A stretch of DNA of 24,241 nt from a virus (taxonomy: Duplodnaviria; Caudoviricetes). The notes below the pieces were generated by a model. That model was given only the letters and a program-made list of their open reading frames with translations. It made no database searches and had not been told where the DNA came from. A program made the translations under genes and the position numbers. The stretch spans positions 1 to 24,241 of the IMG/VR virus record IMGVR_UViG_3300031689_000052; one strand, 5' to 3'. This document shows positions 17,393-24,241 of this stretch, one piece after another (within the stretch, counting starts at the first letter, position 1; each line of letters begins with the position of its first letter).

Positions 17393-18157
17393 TTATGCGA
17401 ACTTTTTCTCTATAGATTTAAATATTTCTAAACCTTCATCTGTTTTAAAGAACGCTGCCATAGCTGAGTATGGATTCTCATCAAAAGGTACTGTCATTAG
17501 CTTTCTTCCATTAGAGGCCCAATTAAATGTTCTTTGATCATCTGCAAGCTTAAGTATGTTAGCCTCTGTAGCTCTGATAGCAAAGTTTCTTAATTGAACA
17601 TTATCATCATTAGCTAGTTCTAAGAACATTGAAGGGTTTCGCTGAGCAAATAATAAGATATCTCTTTTTATCTCCTTAGAACTCATGCTAGTAACTCTAG
17701 ATCCTACTTCAACTCTCAATATAGCTTCCGCTTGATCTATGTCCATACTTCTAGCAGCATTTAACGCGTCGATTGATAATTCTAAATCACCTAATTCATC
17801 TTCAGCAACCTCAATAGGATCATGTTCTCTAAACTTGACATCTTTCAAAGGATGATATAGTGATAGTATTTTTTGTAAAGCTTGGTTTTCTTTTTTAACT
17901 TCCATAGTTCCATCTCTAAATATGATATGGCCTAATGTAGCTTCACCAGCTTGCTCATCTTTAAATGGTGAGTTTTGATTTGTTGCATAACGCAATTCTC
18001 TCTGCTCGTTTTTTTCCGAATCAAACCATAACAACGTGTGTCTAGTCGTATGCCTTGATGGTATTTTGTAAGTTAAAGGACTATTATTATGTCCTGTTAA
18101 ATAGTAATTTCTGTCTTTGATCTCCCACGAGGAAGAGTTTGTAGCTTTTTTAGCCAT
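17393..18157 (-). CDS. Conserved phage protein of unknown function downstream of the major capsid gene (254 aa)
   Basis: Intact ORF (WEIKDRNYYL, RELRYATNQNSPF, helical C-terminal half) flanked by two hairpins. I recognised no catalytic motif. Confidence 0.7.
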   Translation of the reverse strand: MAKKATNSSSWEIKDRNYYLTGHNNSPLTYKIPSRHTTRHTLLWFDSEKNEQRELRYATNQNSPFKDEQAGEATLGHIIFRDGTMEVKKENQALQKILSLYHPLKDVKFREHDPIEVAEDELGDLELSIDALNAARSMDIDQAEAILRVEVGSRVTSMSSKEIKRDILLFAQRNPSMFLELANDDNVQLRNFAIRATEANILKLADDQRTFNWASNGRKLMTVPFDENPYSAMAAFFKTDEGLEIFKSIEKKFA

Positions 18158-18189
18158 GATAAAATATAATTAAAAATTAAAGAATAAGA

Positions 18190-18229
18190 GTAGAAGTTAC
18201 CCCCGTTGATTTAACGAGGGTAAATCTAC
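18190..18229 (-). terminator. Intrinsic terminator after the major capsid gene
   Basis: Minus-strand RNA UUACCCUCGUU-AAAUC-AACGGGGGUAA forms an 11-bp stem with one G-U pair, extendable by GUAGA/UCUAC. The U-rich UCUUAUUCUUUAAUUUUU follows, and the hairpin starts 8 nt after the capsid stop. Confidence 0.75.
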
Positions 18230-18237
18230 ACTAGTTA

Positions 18238-19728
18238 TTATAGTCCTTGAAATAAAACAAAGTTATTAGCAGCTTGTACTACTAAACATCTTTCAGACAA
18301 GAAGTTAACTTGCATTGCATCTAATTGAGATGTAAATGCGCCTCCAGCTGATCCAGTTAACCAAGACTTCATACGACGATCTTCAGTTTCTGAAGCTCTG
18401 TATCGCACGTGTAAGAATGGTCTACGGATATTTGTTCCTAGAATTTGATCGTAAACTGTTGAAGTTCCAGCAGGAACAAGAACACCTTCGATTGAGCTAG
18501 TACCTACTTGAGCACCACGAGTTGTAGCGTCGTTCAAGTATTTCCAGTCAGTTTTATAGAAGTCATAAGATCCTCTGCGGAAACCACTAAATCCAAGATT
18601 TAATGCCATTTCTTCAGAGTTTTCAAATAATCCATAAGCTGTACCACCTTGGAATCCAGAAGAAATTGCTCCTAACATATTATCAAAATCTAAAGACGTT
18701 TGACGTTGTAAGAATAACATGTTTTCTTCAATAGCTCCTTGAGTATCTAAGTTTTTAAGGATTTCATCGAAATCATCTAAACCACCAGCTCCTGAGAATC
18801 CAACCTCTACATTACCTCTTTGTTGAATAGCAGCAAATAAACCTTGAGTACCATTCATTCCGACAGCAAGCGCACCACTAGCAGCAGCGGCAAGTTCACC
18901 TTCAATTATGGACATTTCAAGATAATCTTCAAAACGCAAGCGAGTTTCAGATTCAGCTTTTAAGTACCATAAATATCCAGATGTTCCGTCTTCAGCAGCA
19001 ACTTCTACCCAACCGATTTGAGCCATATCCGATCCGTTTACAACGTATTCGTTTCTGATAATAATAGGATTGTTAGAAAATTGAGTGAACGAAGGAGTAA
19101 TACTAACTTGAGGTTGAATAGCATTGTTTAATGCGTTTGCTCCAGCGGCAGCACCTACAGTGCTAGATCCTTTTAAGAATTCTGAACCATAAACAAACAT
19201 TTTTACAACAGATCCCACTGCAATTCCAGCGGCAGCTAGAGTAGCAAATTGATAAGGTGCAACAACAACAAGACCACCTGCAGCTCCAGGTGTTGTATTA
19301 CTAGCTGTAACAACACATTTTGCTTCGTTTCCAACTGCATCCATGATAACTACTGTTTGACCAGGAGATATTACATTTATAATAGCAGGAACAACTCCAG
19401 CAGCAGTTTGAACGATTTGAATTTGGCCTCCAGCTGCATTAGCTGCTGTTACCACATTAGAGTAAGCAATATGTAATCTATTTTGTTCTGACCAAATTAC
19501 TTGATCTGAAGTCATTGGAAGCTCTGCTCCAACCATACGTAGAAATCCTGAAAGAGTTCTGTTACCGTAACGCTCTACCTCTTGTTCGTAAACTTCAGGT
19601 AGGTATTGCTGAGCAAAGCTAGAAAAGTTTGCCCCTGCAGCATTGTTAAATTGTAAATAATTAGTTTGTAGCAGCTGCTGAGCTTGCGACGGCACTAACG
19701 AGCCAAATTGTGGTTGTAAATTACCCAT
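18238..19728 (-). CDS. Major capsid protein (496 aa, HK97-type fold with an A/G/V-rich insertion)
   Basis: Contains FAQQYLPEVYEQEVERYGNRT, SDQVIWSEQNRLH, YLWYLKAESETRLRFEDYLEMS, GTQGLFAAI and LNLGFSGFRRGSYDFYKTDWKYLND. It follows the portal and scaffold genes and precedes a terminator. Confidence 0.85.
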   Translation of the reverse strand: MGNLQPQFGSLVPSQAQQLLQTNYLQFNNAAGANFSSFAQQYLPEVYEQEVERYGNRTLSGFLRMVGAELPMTSDQVIWSEQNRLHIAYSNVVTAANAAGGQIQIVQTAAGVVPAIINVISPGQTVVIMDAVGNEAKCVVTASNTTPGAAGGLVVVAPYQFATLAAAGIAVGSVVKMFVYGSEFLKGSSTVGAAAGANALNNAIQPQVSITPSFTQFSNNPIIIRNEYVVNGSDMAQIGWVEVAAEDGTSGYLWYLKAESETRLRFEDYLEMSIIEGELAAAASGALAVGMNGTQGLFAAIQQRGNVEVGFSGAGGLDDFDEILKNLDTQGAIEENMLFLQRQTSLDFDNMLGAISSGFQGGTAYGLFENSEEMALNLGFSGFRRGSYDFYKTDWKYLNDATTRGAQVGTSSIEGVLVPAGTSTVYDQILGTNIRRPFLHVRYRASETEDRRMKSWLTGSAGGAFTSQLDAMQVNFLSERCLVVQAANNFVLFQGL

Positions 19729-19737
19729 AATCTTTTT

Positions 19738-20982
19738 TTAATTAAGTTTTCGTTTTTGTATTTTTAATTTTGAAGAGTCAACGCCTGAAATAGCTTTCAC
19801 TTTAAATCCTCCAACAAACACATCACCACTTTGCGTAGCGCGAGGTTCTGTAGTTATGTTTTTAGATTTAGCAATTTGGCCTTTAATCGCATCAGTTTTA
19901 CCTTGTTCATAAAAGTGCTGTGCTATAGTGTCAGCGTTTCTAGCTGCATATAAAGCTTTGTGATAACCTTTTGCATCTACAATTTCTCCTTTATCATTTA
20001 AGAACGTCTTAATGAATTTAGAAATGTCTTTTTGGTCATCAGCTACTCTTGAAGGGTCTTTTATTCCATACCTGAACTTGTTCTCTCCGACTTTAAAATC
20101 AAAACCTTTGAAATTTTCGTTGAGAAGGTCATTAGTTTGGTTTACAAAACTTTCTTGAGCTACTTTAGTTTGCTTTTGCTCTTCGTTGTATCGGTTGAAA
20201 AAATCAACTGCTTGTTGTTGCTCTTGACTAACTCCAGGTCTCAACTTGATATCTGCATAGTATTCGTCTTTAAGCGTATTCAAATAGCTTTTGGCTTTTG
20301 CAACTTCTTCTTTATAGGCGAGTTTCTTTTTACGGATGTCTCGCGCTTCGTCTAAATCTTCATCAAAATCAAAAGAGTCTTCAATTACAAATGAAATCTC
20401 TTCGCTGTCTAAATGTGGTTTAGCTTTTTTATAATATTCTCTAAGTAATGTAGTTCCATCTACGTCACTATAATCAGCATTTAATCTTGCATAGTCATCT
20501 ATAGTTCCACCTGTTTCTTTCATAAAAGATACGAGCTTTTCTAGATTTTCTGGAATTTCTTGTGCTTGTGTTTGCGGTAATACTTCTTTTTGTTCCTGTG
20601 TGGTAACGGTGTTTTCAGTGCCTCCAACCATTCTTGGTTCGTCACTATTATCTTTTTCATCTTCTATTAGTTGTAAAGGAGATTCATTTTCTTTTACTTC
20701 TTCAGATGGGATTTGAACTTTAATAATCTCGTTGGACTCCCGTACTTGTTCTTCCACTTTAGGTATATCTCCGGTTTGTTTATCTTCAACCAGTTCTTTT
20801 GTTTCTCCGACTTGAATGGCATTTTCTTCTGGTTTTTTATTAAAATCAACCTTAGCGATACTTTGCTTTGGCGAACCTAAATCTTTGTAAGATGGTGTAA
20901 GTTTTTTAATCTTAAAATCTCCTTCTTGTTTTACTTCTTTGCTCTCATCTACTTTTGGAGCTTCTGTTACTTTTCCTTCCAT
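19738..20982 (-). CDS. Putative capsid scaffolding/assembly protein (414 aa)
   Basis: Very acidic low-complexity N-terminal third followed by a helical region. It lies between the portal and capsid genes. Confidence 0.6.
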   Translation of the reverse strand: MEGKVTEAPKVDESKEVKQEGDFKIKKLTPSYKDLGSPKQSIAKVDFNKKPEENAIQVGETKELVEDKQTGDIPKVEEQVRESNEIIKVQIPSEEVKENESPLQLIEDEKDNSDEPRMVGGTENTVTTQEQKEVLPQTQAQEIPENLEKLVSFMKETGGTIDDYARLNADYSDVDGTTLLREYYKKAKPHLDSEEISFVIEDSFDFDEDLDEARDIRKKKLAYKEEVAKAKSYLNTLKDEYYADIKLRPGVSQEQQQAVDFFNRYNEEQKQTKVAQESFVNQTNDLLNENFKGFDFKVGENKFRYGIKDPSRVADDQKDISKFIKTFLNDKGEIVDAKGYHKALYAARNADTIAQHFYEQGKTDAIKGQIAKSKNITTEPRATQSGDVFVGGFKVKAISGVDSSKLKIQKRKLN

Positions 20983-21010
20983 GATAAAATAATATAAAAT
21001 TAATAATTCC

Positions 21011-23422
21011 CTAGCTAGGGCCGAACTGCTCTAAACCAAATCCATCTAAATTGTCATTACCTGCTGATTCAAAATTCTTAGGTAGTAAGTCATTTTGTCT
21101 TTGATCTATCAATTCACTTTGTTGGGTACCTTGCATTTTTATTCTAGTGTCTTTGCGATCCTCTATTAAAGCCTCTTTACTTTGTTGGGCTTTCATGTTT
21201 ATTTGCGCTAACTGAACTTGATAATTAAACTCTTCAGCCATTAACTGCTTTTTTATTTGAGCCTCTTGTTCCATTCTTTGTATTTCAAACTGAGATTTAG
21301 CTTGTTCTATTTGAATGTCAGTTTCCGCTAAAGCCTGTTGCTTTTGCACTTCTGCAACTGCTGCTCTCTCTGCTGATTCAGCATTAGCTTGAGCCTGTGC
21401 TTGAATGTTCTGCATTTGAACAGCTTGCTCTTGTTCTGCTTTTTTCTTTTGTCTAGACTTTAAAAGCTCATTCGCAAGTTTAATGTTTTGTATCTGTCTA
21501 ATGTCTATTGCGTCAGCTAAGCTTATACTTTGAGTTTGTAAAGCTATTTGAATGCTTTTTTCTAAATTAGCTTTTTCTTCTTCTTCTGGTTCTAATTCTA
21601 AGAATATTCCAAAATCGTGCATGTGAAGATCATCTATCTCAGTTAGAGTAGCTGTATTAAAACTATTTATACTACTCATTAAAGCTTGTTTAGTCAAAGG
21701 AAATTGCAGCATATCGCCAGCTCTAAGACTTATGTTTTCACAAGTTCTAATACTTAAGTACATTAAAGACTGCAGTATATGTCTAGTTGCCGTGTTTGAA
21801 TTAGCAGCGGCTAATTTCTGTAAACCTACTAAAGCGTTTTTATCTGGAGTACTTCCATCTCTAGCTTCGTTAAGACCAGTTACATCACGTATCATCTGTA
21901 AATAATACTGATACGTTTGTATCATAGCTTGTATTTTAGAAATACCAGAAGAACTTTGAAGTTCTTGAATAGGCACTTTACCTCTATTCATTTCACCATC
22001 TTGAGTAAGTGATCTACCTACTATAGTACCGGTCTGAAAGTACATGTTTAGTGCTTCTGCTGGATTGTAATTAGTTCCATTACCTAAATCTACTTCAGCT
22101 AAACCATCTACATCTAAATAAACTCCATCAGGAACTAATCTCTGTAAAACTTGCTGTAGCTTTAAGTGCGTTATCTGTATCATATCAGCAAAACTTATAG
22201 TTCTACTAACTAAAGATTCTATACGACCTTGATACATTCTAGGTGCTGAAATAACATAATTCATGTTTACCTTAGTTGTGTCGGCTAAAGGTCTTGTCAT
22301 GTTTTCAGCTAACTTCCATTCTAGCATAGTATCACCCATGCCTAGTATTTTAGCTCCAGTATATAAAACCTCAATAGATCTAGATGCTCTTTCAAAGTTA
22401 TCACTAGGTGGTGGATTAAACGTATCTTCTTTTTCTAATGTTTTTTCTAAACCTTGTTCTGTTTTTTTAATTTTAAAAACTTGATCTTGATAGGTTTTAT
22501 ATTCAAAAAACAAAACTTGATGTAATTCTGGATCACTTTGAACTTGCCAATCGCTTCTGGCGTAATTCTGTCTACCTGGGTATTTTTGTATTACTTCTAG
22601 CTCGCTATTAGTTAGAGCAGGATATAATCTTTTTATTTCTGATAATGATAAACTTTTAATTTCACCAACATAATATATGTCTTCAAAATTAGGATCATCA
22701 GTAGCTGAATAAATTATATTAGCTGGATCAACATAATCTATTGTTATTCCTTCTGAAAGATTAAAACTAGTTTTAACAGCTCCAATACCTAAAACCGTTA
22801 AATCATAAGCTAATCTTTTTTTAGTTTCAGAGTATTTGTTGTAATCTAATACGTTATTTATTAGCTCTTCTTCAGCGATCTCTACACTCTGCTTGTAATT
22901 AAGTTGCATGTATAAATCTAATTCCTCAGGATCATTAGGTAAACTTTCTGGATCTGCTGATGCATAAAAATTTTTACCAGTTAACTTAGCTAGTTCTTCT
23001 ATTTGATCTTTCTGCTGCATATCTCTCAATGCATTAAAAGCAAAATCAGTTCTTTGTTGAGTAGCAAAGGGATCAGATGCAAAAGATTTTATCTCATAAC
23101 CTTTTTCAGTCATACCATTGACTACTATGTCAACAAACTTAGATAAAACAGGTATTGGTTTCCAGTCTAAATTAAGATAAGACAAGTCACCATTAGTAGA
23201 CAACTCATCTTTATATTTCTGTATAGGTTGTTCACCTCTAGCATACAATCTAAGTTTATTGAAATTTTGAAAATTCCAAGAAAACCTGTTAGTTCCACTA
23301 CTGTTTCTAAACCATTCTTGTTCTATAGCATTACCCACCTTTAAACCATATTCAAATGATTTTTTCTCTTCTTCAGGTACAACCTGATCTGGAAAGATGC
23401 TATTATTACTAGTGTAAACCAT
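21011..23422 (-). CDS. Portal protein (803 aa)
   Basis: Directly follows the terminase. Contains LNLDWKPIPVLSKFVDIVVNG and MIRDVTGLNEARDGS plus a long Q/A/E C-terminal coiled coil (barrel-type portal). It ends in TAG. Confidence 0.88.
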   Translation of the reverse strand: MVYTSNNSIFPDQVVPEEEKKSFEYGLKVGNAIEQEWFRNSSGTNRFSWNFQNFNKLRLYARGEQPIQKYKDELSTNGDLSYLNLDWKPIPVLSKFVDIVVNGMTEKGYEIKSFASDPFATQQRTDFAFNALRDMQQKDQIEELAKLTGKNFYASADPESLPNDPEELDLYMQLNYKQSVEIAEEELINNVLDYNKYSETKKRLAYDLTVLGIGAVKTSFNLSEGITIDYVDPANIIYSATDDPNFEDIYYVGEIKSLSLSEIKRLYPALTNSELEVIQKYPGRQNYARSDWQVQSDPELHQVLFFEYKTYQDQVFKIKKTEQGLEKTLEKEDTFNPPPSDNFERASRSIEVLYTGAKILGMGDTMLEWKLAENMTRPLADTTKVNMNYVISAPRMYQGRIESLVSRTISFADMIQITHLKLQQVLQRLVPDGVYLDVDGLAEVDLGNGTNYNPAEALNMYFQTGTIVGRSLTQDGEMNRGKVPIQELQSSSGISKIQAMIQTYQYYLQMIRDVTGLNEARDGSTPDKNALVGLQKLAAANSNTATRHILQSLMYLSIRTCENISLRAGDMLQFPLTKQALMSSINSFNTATLTEIDDLHMHDFGIFLELEPEEEEKANLEKSIQIALQTQSISLADAIDIRQIQNIKLANELLKSRQKKKAEQEQAVQMQNIQAQAQANAESAERAAVAEVQKQQALAETDIQIEQAKSQFEIQRMEQEAQIKKQLMAEEFNYQVQLAQINMKAQQSKEALIEDRKDTRIKMQGTQQSELIDQRQNDLLPKNFESAGNDNLDGFGLEQFGPS

Positions 23423-23425
23423 TTA

Positions 23426-24241
23426 TTATATTATTTTTGAATTCGCACCCATATTGTTGTATTTTTTAAAGCCTAATGAAACCTTAGACGCAGTTCTTTT
23501 AGCTACAGGTGTATATCTGTTTTTGTTGCAAGCCATTATAGCTAAGCCAGAACTTATAGAAGCATCATGCTTTGTTCTATTGTTTATATTGAATTTTTCC
23601 CAGTCTTCAAGCGTCCGTTGAAAATACATATTACCATAACCTTCGTCTTGTAAACCTATATGGTTTTCTATATAATCTTCTATAGCGGCTGCATGAGCTT
23701 GCTTTATATCTTCGCTTGAATTAGGTATTCCACCTATCTCTTTTTCGGTAACAGATAATTTATACATAACCTTGTCTGGTCTATTCATAGAATATCCTCT
23801 GTAACCTCTTCTTTTTATATAATACAATAGTCTAGGCTTATTGTTCTCTGCTAATATCGGCATACCGTAAAAAACTAACGCCATTAACACGTCTTCAAAG
23901 AATATCTCAGCAGTCTGTGGTCTAGCTATGTATTCTAAAAAGAATAAATTAGGAGGAACGTCTTCCATTGAAAACTTAGTTAAACCATGCAAAGCACCGT
24001 TGGATCCTCTACCGTCTACCGTTCCTGATATATCGTAACTATCACAGCCAAATGCACCGCAATGATCATTACCTGGATATTTTGTATTGTTTTTTAATAT
24101 ATACTTATTTTGCAGATTACTTGGAGGAACCCAACTAACGAAAAATCTACCATTTTTACTTGGTAAAAACATCACCCTAGTATCTTTAATCCCACCTTCC
24201 CATTGAAAATTACCCTGCGTAACAACATTAGTGTTACGAAG
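23426..24241 (-). CDS. terL: Terminase large subunit, C-terminal RNase H-like nuclease domain (5'-truncated)
   Basis: The frame stays open upstream of the track start at 24175 (LRNTNVVTQGNFQWEGGIKDTR-VMFLP) to the window end. Acidic nuclease motifs AFGCDSYD, ILAENN and KHDASISSGLA are present, and the gene is directly upstream of the portal. Confidence 0.88.
   Translation of the reverse strand, partial: LRNTNVVTQGNFQWEGGIKDTRVMFLPSKNGRFFVSWVPPSNLQNKYILKNNTKYPGNDHCGAFGCDSYDISGTVDGRGSNGALHGLTKFSMEDVPPNLFFLEYIARPQTAEIFFEDVLMALVFYGMPILAENNKPRLLYYIKRRGYRGYSMNRPDKVMYKLSVTEKEIGGIPNSSEDIKQAHAAAIEDYIENHIGLQDEGYGNMYFQRTLEDWEKFNINNRTKHDASISSGLAIMACNKNRYTPVAKRTASKVSLGFKKYNNMGANSKII

Larger units (their letters stand above)
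1..24241 (-). mobile_element. Structural/packaging module of a podovirus-type tailed phage, crAss-like/Bacteroidota-phage style
   Basis: 13 co-directional, closely spaced genes in the order terminase-portal-scaffold-capsid-rings-nozzle-ejection proteins. There is no sheath or tape measure gene, no host housekeeping gene and no integrase in the window. The taxonomic placement is inferred. Confidence 0.93.

Noticed and set aside
11519-22484. Plus-strand ORFs at 11519, 12467, 12755, 19249, 20137 and 22263, including the Cys-rich 75-aa one
   Set aside because: All are antisense to nozzle, capsid, scaffold or portal genes. The Cys-richness at 19249 is a by-product of reading the capsid's Ala/Gln/Thr-rich codons on the opposite strand.
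23426-24175. Terminase as a complete 249-aa protein starting at 24175
   Set aside because: The frame is open to the window end and the ATPase domain is missing, so this is the C-terminal fragment of a longer gene.
1-24241. Stop-codon reassignment (TAG or TGA), as in some crAss-like phages
   Set aside because: All genes read full length in the standard bacterial code with near-complete coding density, and the portal ends at a plausible TAG.
1-24241. tRNAs, CRISPR arrays, introns/inteins, DGR repeats or long nucleotide repeats
   Set aside because: The longest intergenic gap is 80 nt and is occupied by a terminator. I saw no repeat arrays, reverse transcriptase or intein/homing motifs by eye, though subtle repeats cannot be excluded without a self-alignment.

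Overview
The whole window is the virion morphogenesis module of an AT-rich tailed dsDNA phage with short-tail (podovirus-type) gene content. It is most similar in style to crAss-like or marine Bacteroidota (Flavobacteriia) phages; this is pattern recognition, not a database result. All 13 real genes are on the minus strand and tightly packed. In transcription order they are: terminase large subunit (partial), portal, putative scaffold, major capsid, an unknown conserved protein, two head-tail ring proteins, a tail nozzle apparently split over two genes, a GNAT-fold protein, two small ejection proteins, and a giant ORF. The giant ORF (6655..<1, >=2218 aa) is missing from the supplied ORF track because it runs off the window edge. 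My manual translation shows a modular, probably ejected 'polyvalent' protein. It contains a membrane-type N-terminal region, an HExxH zincin peptidase, a sigma70 region-2-like domain, a GNAT-like cassette, a degenerate His-Me-finger-like module and a gp16-like helical C-terminus. Several modules are bounded by a recurring (L/V)KFS(K/L)S linker. The best candidate for a novel system is a virion-delivered, possibly self-processing polyprotein carrying a sigma-factor-like domain. No tRNA, rRNA, CRISPR array or integrase was seen.
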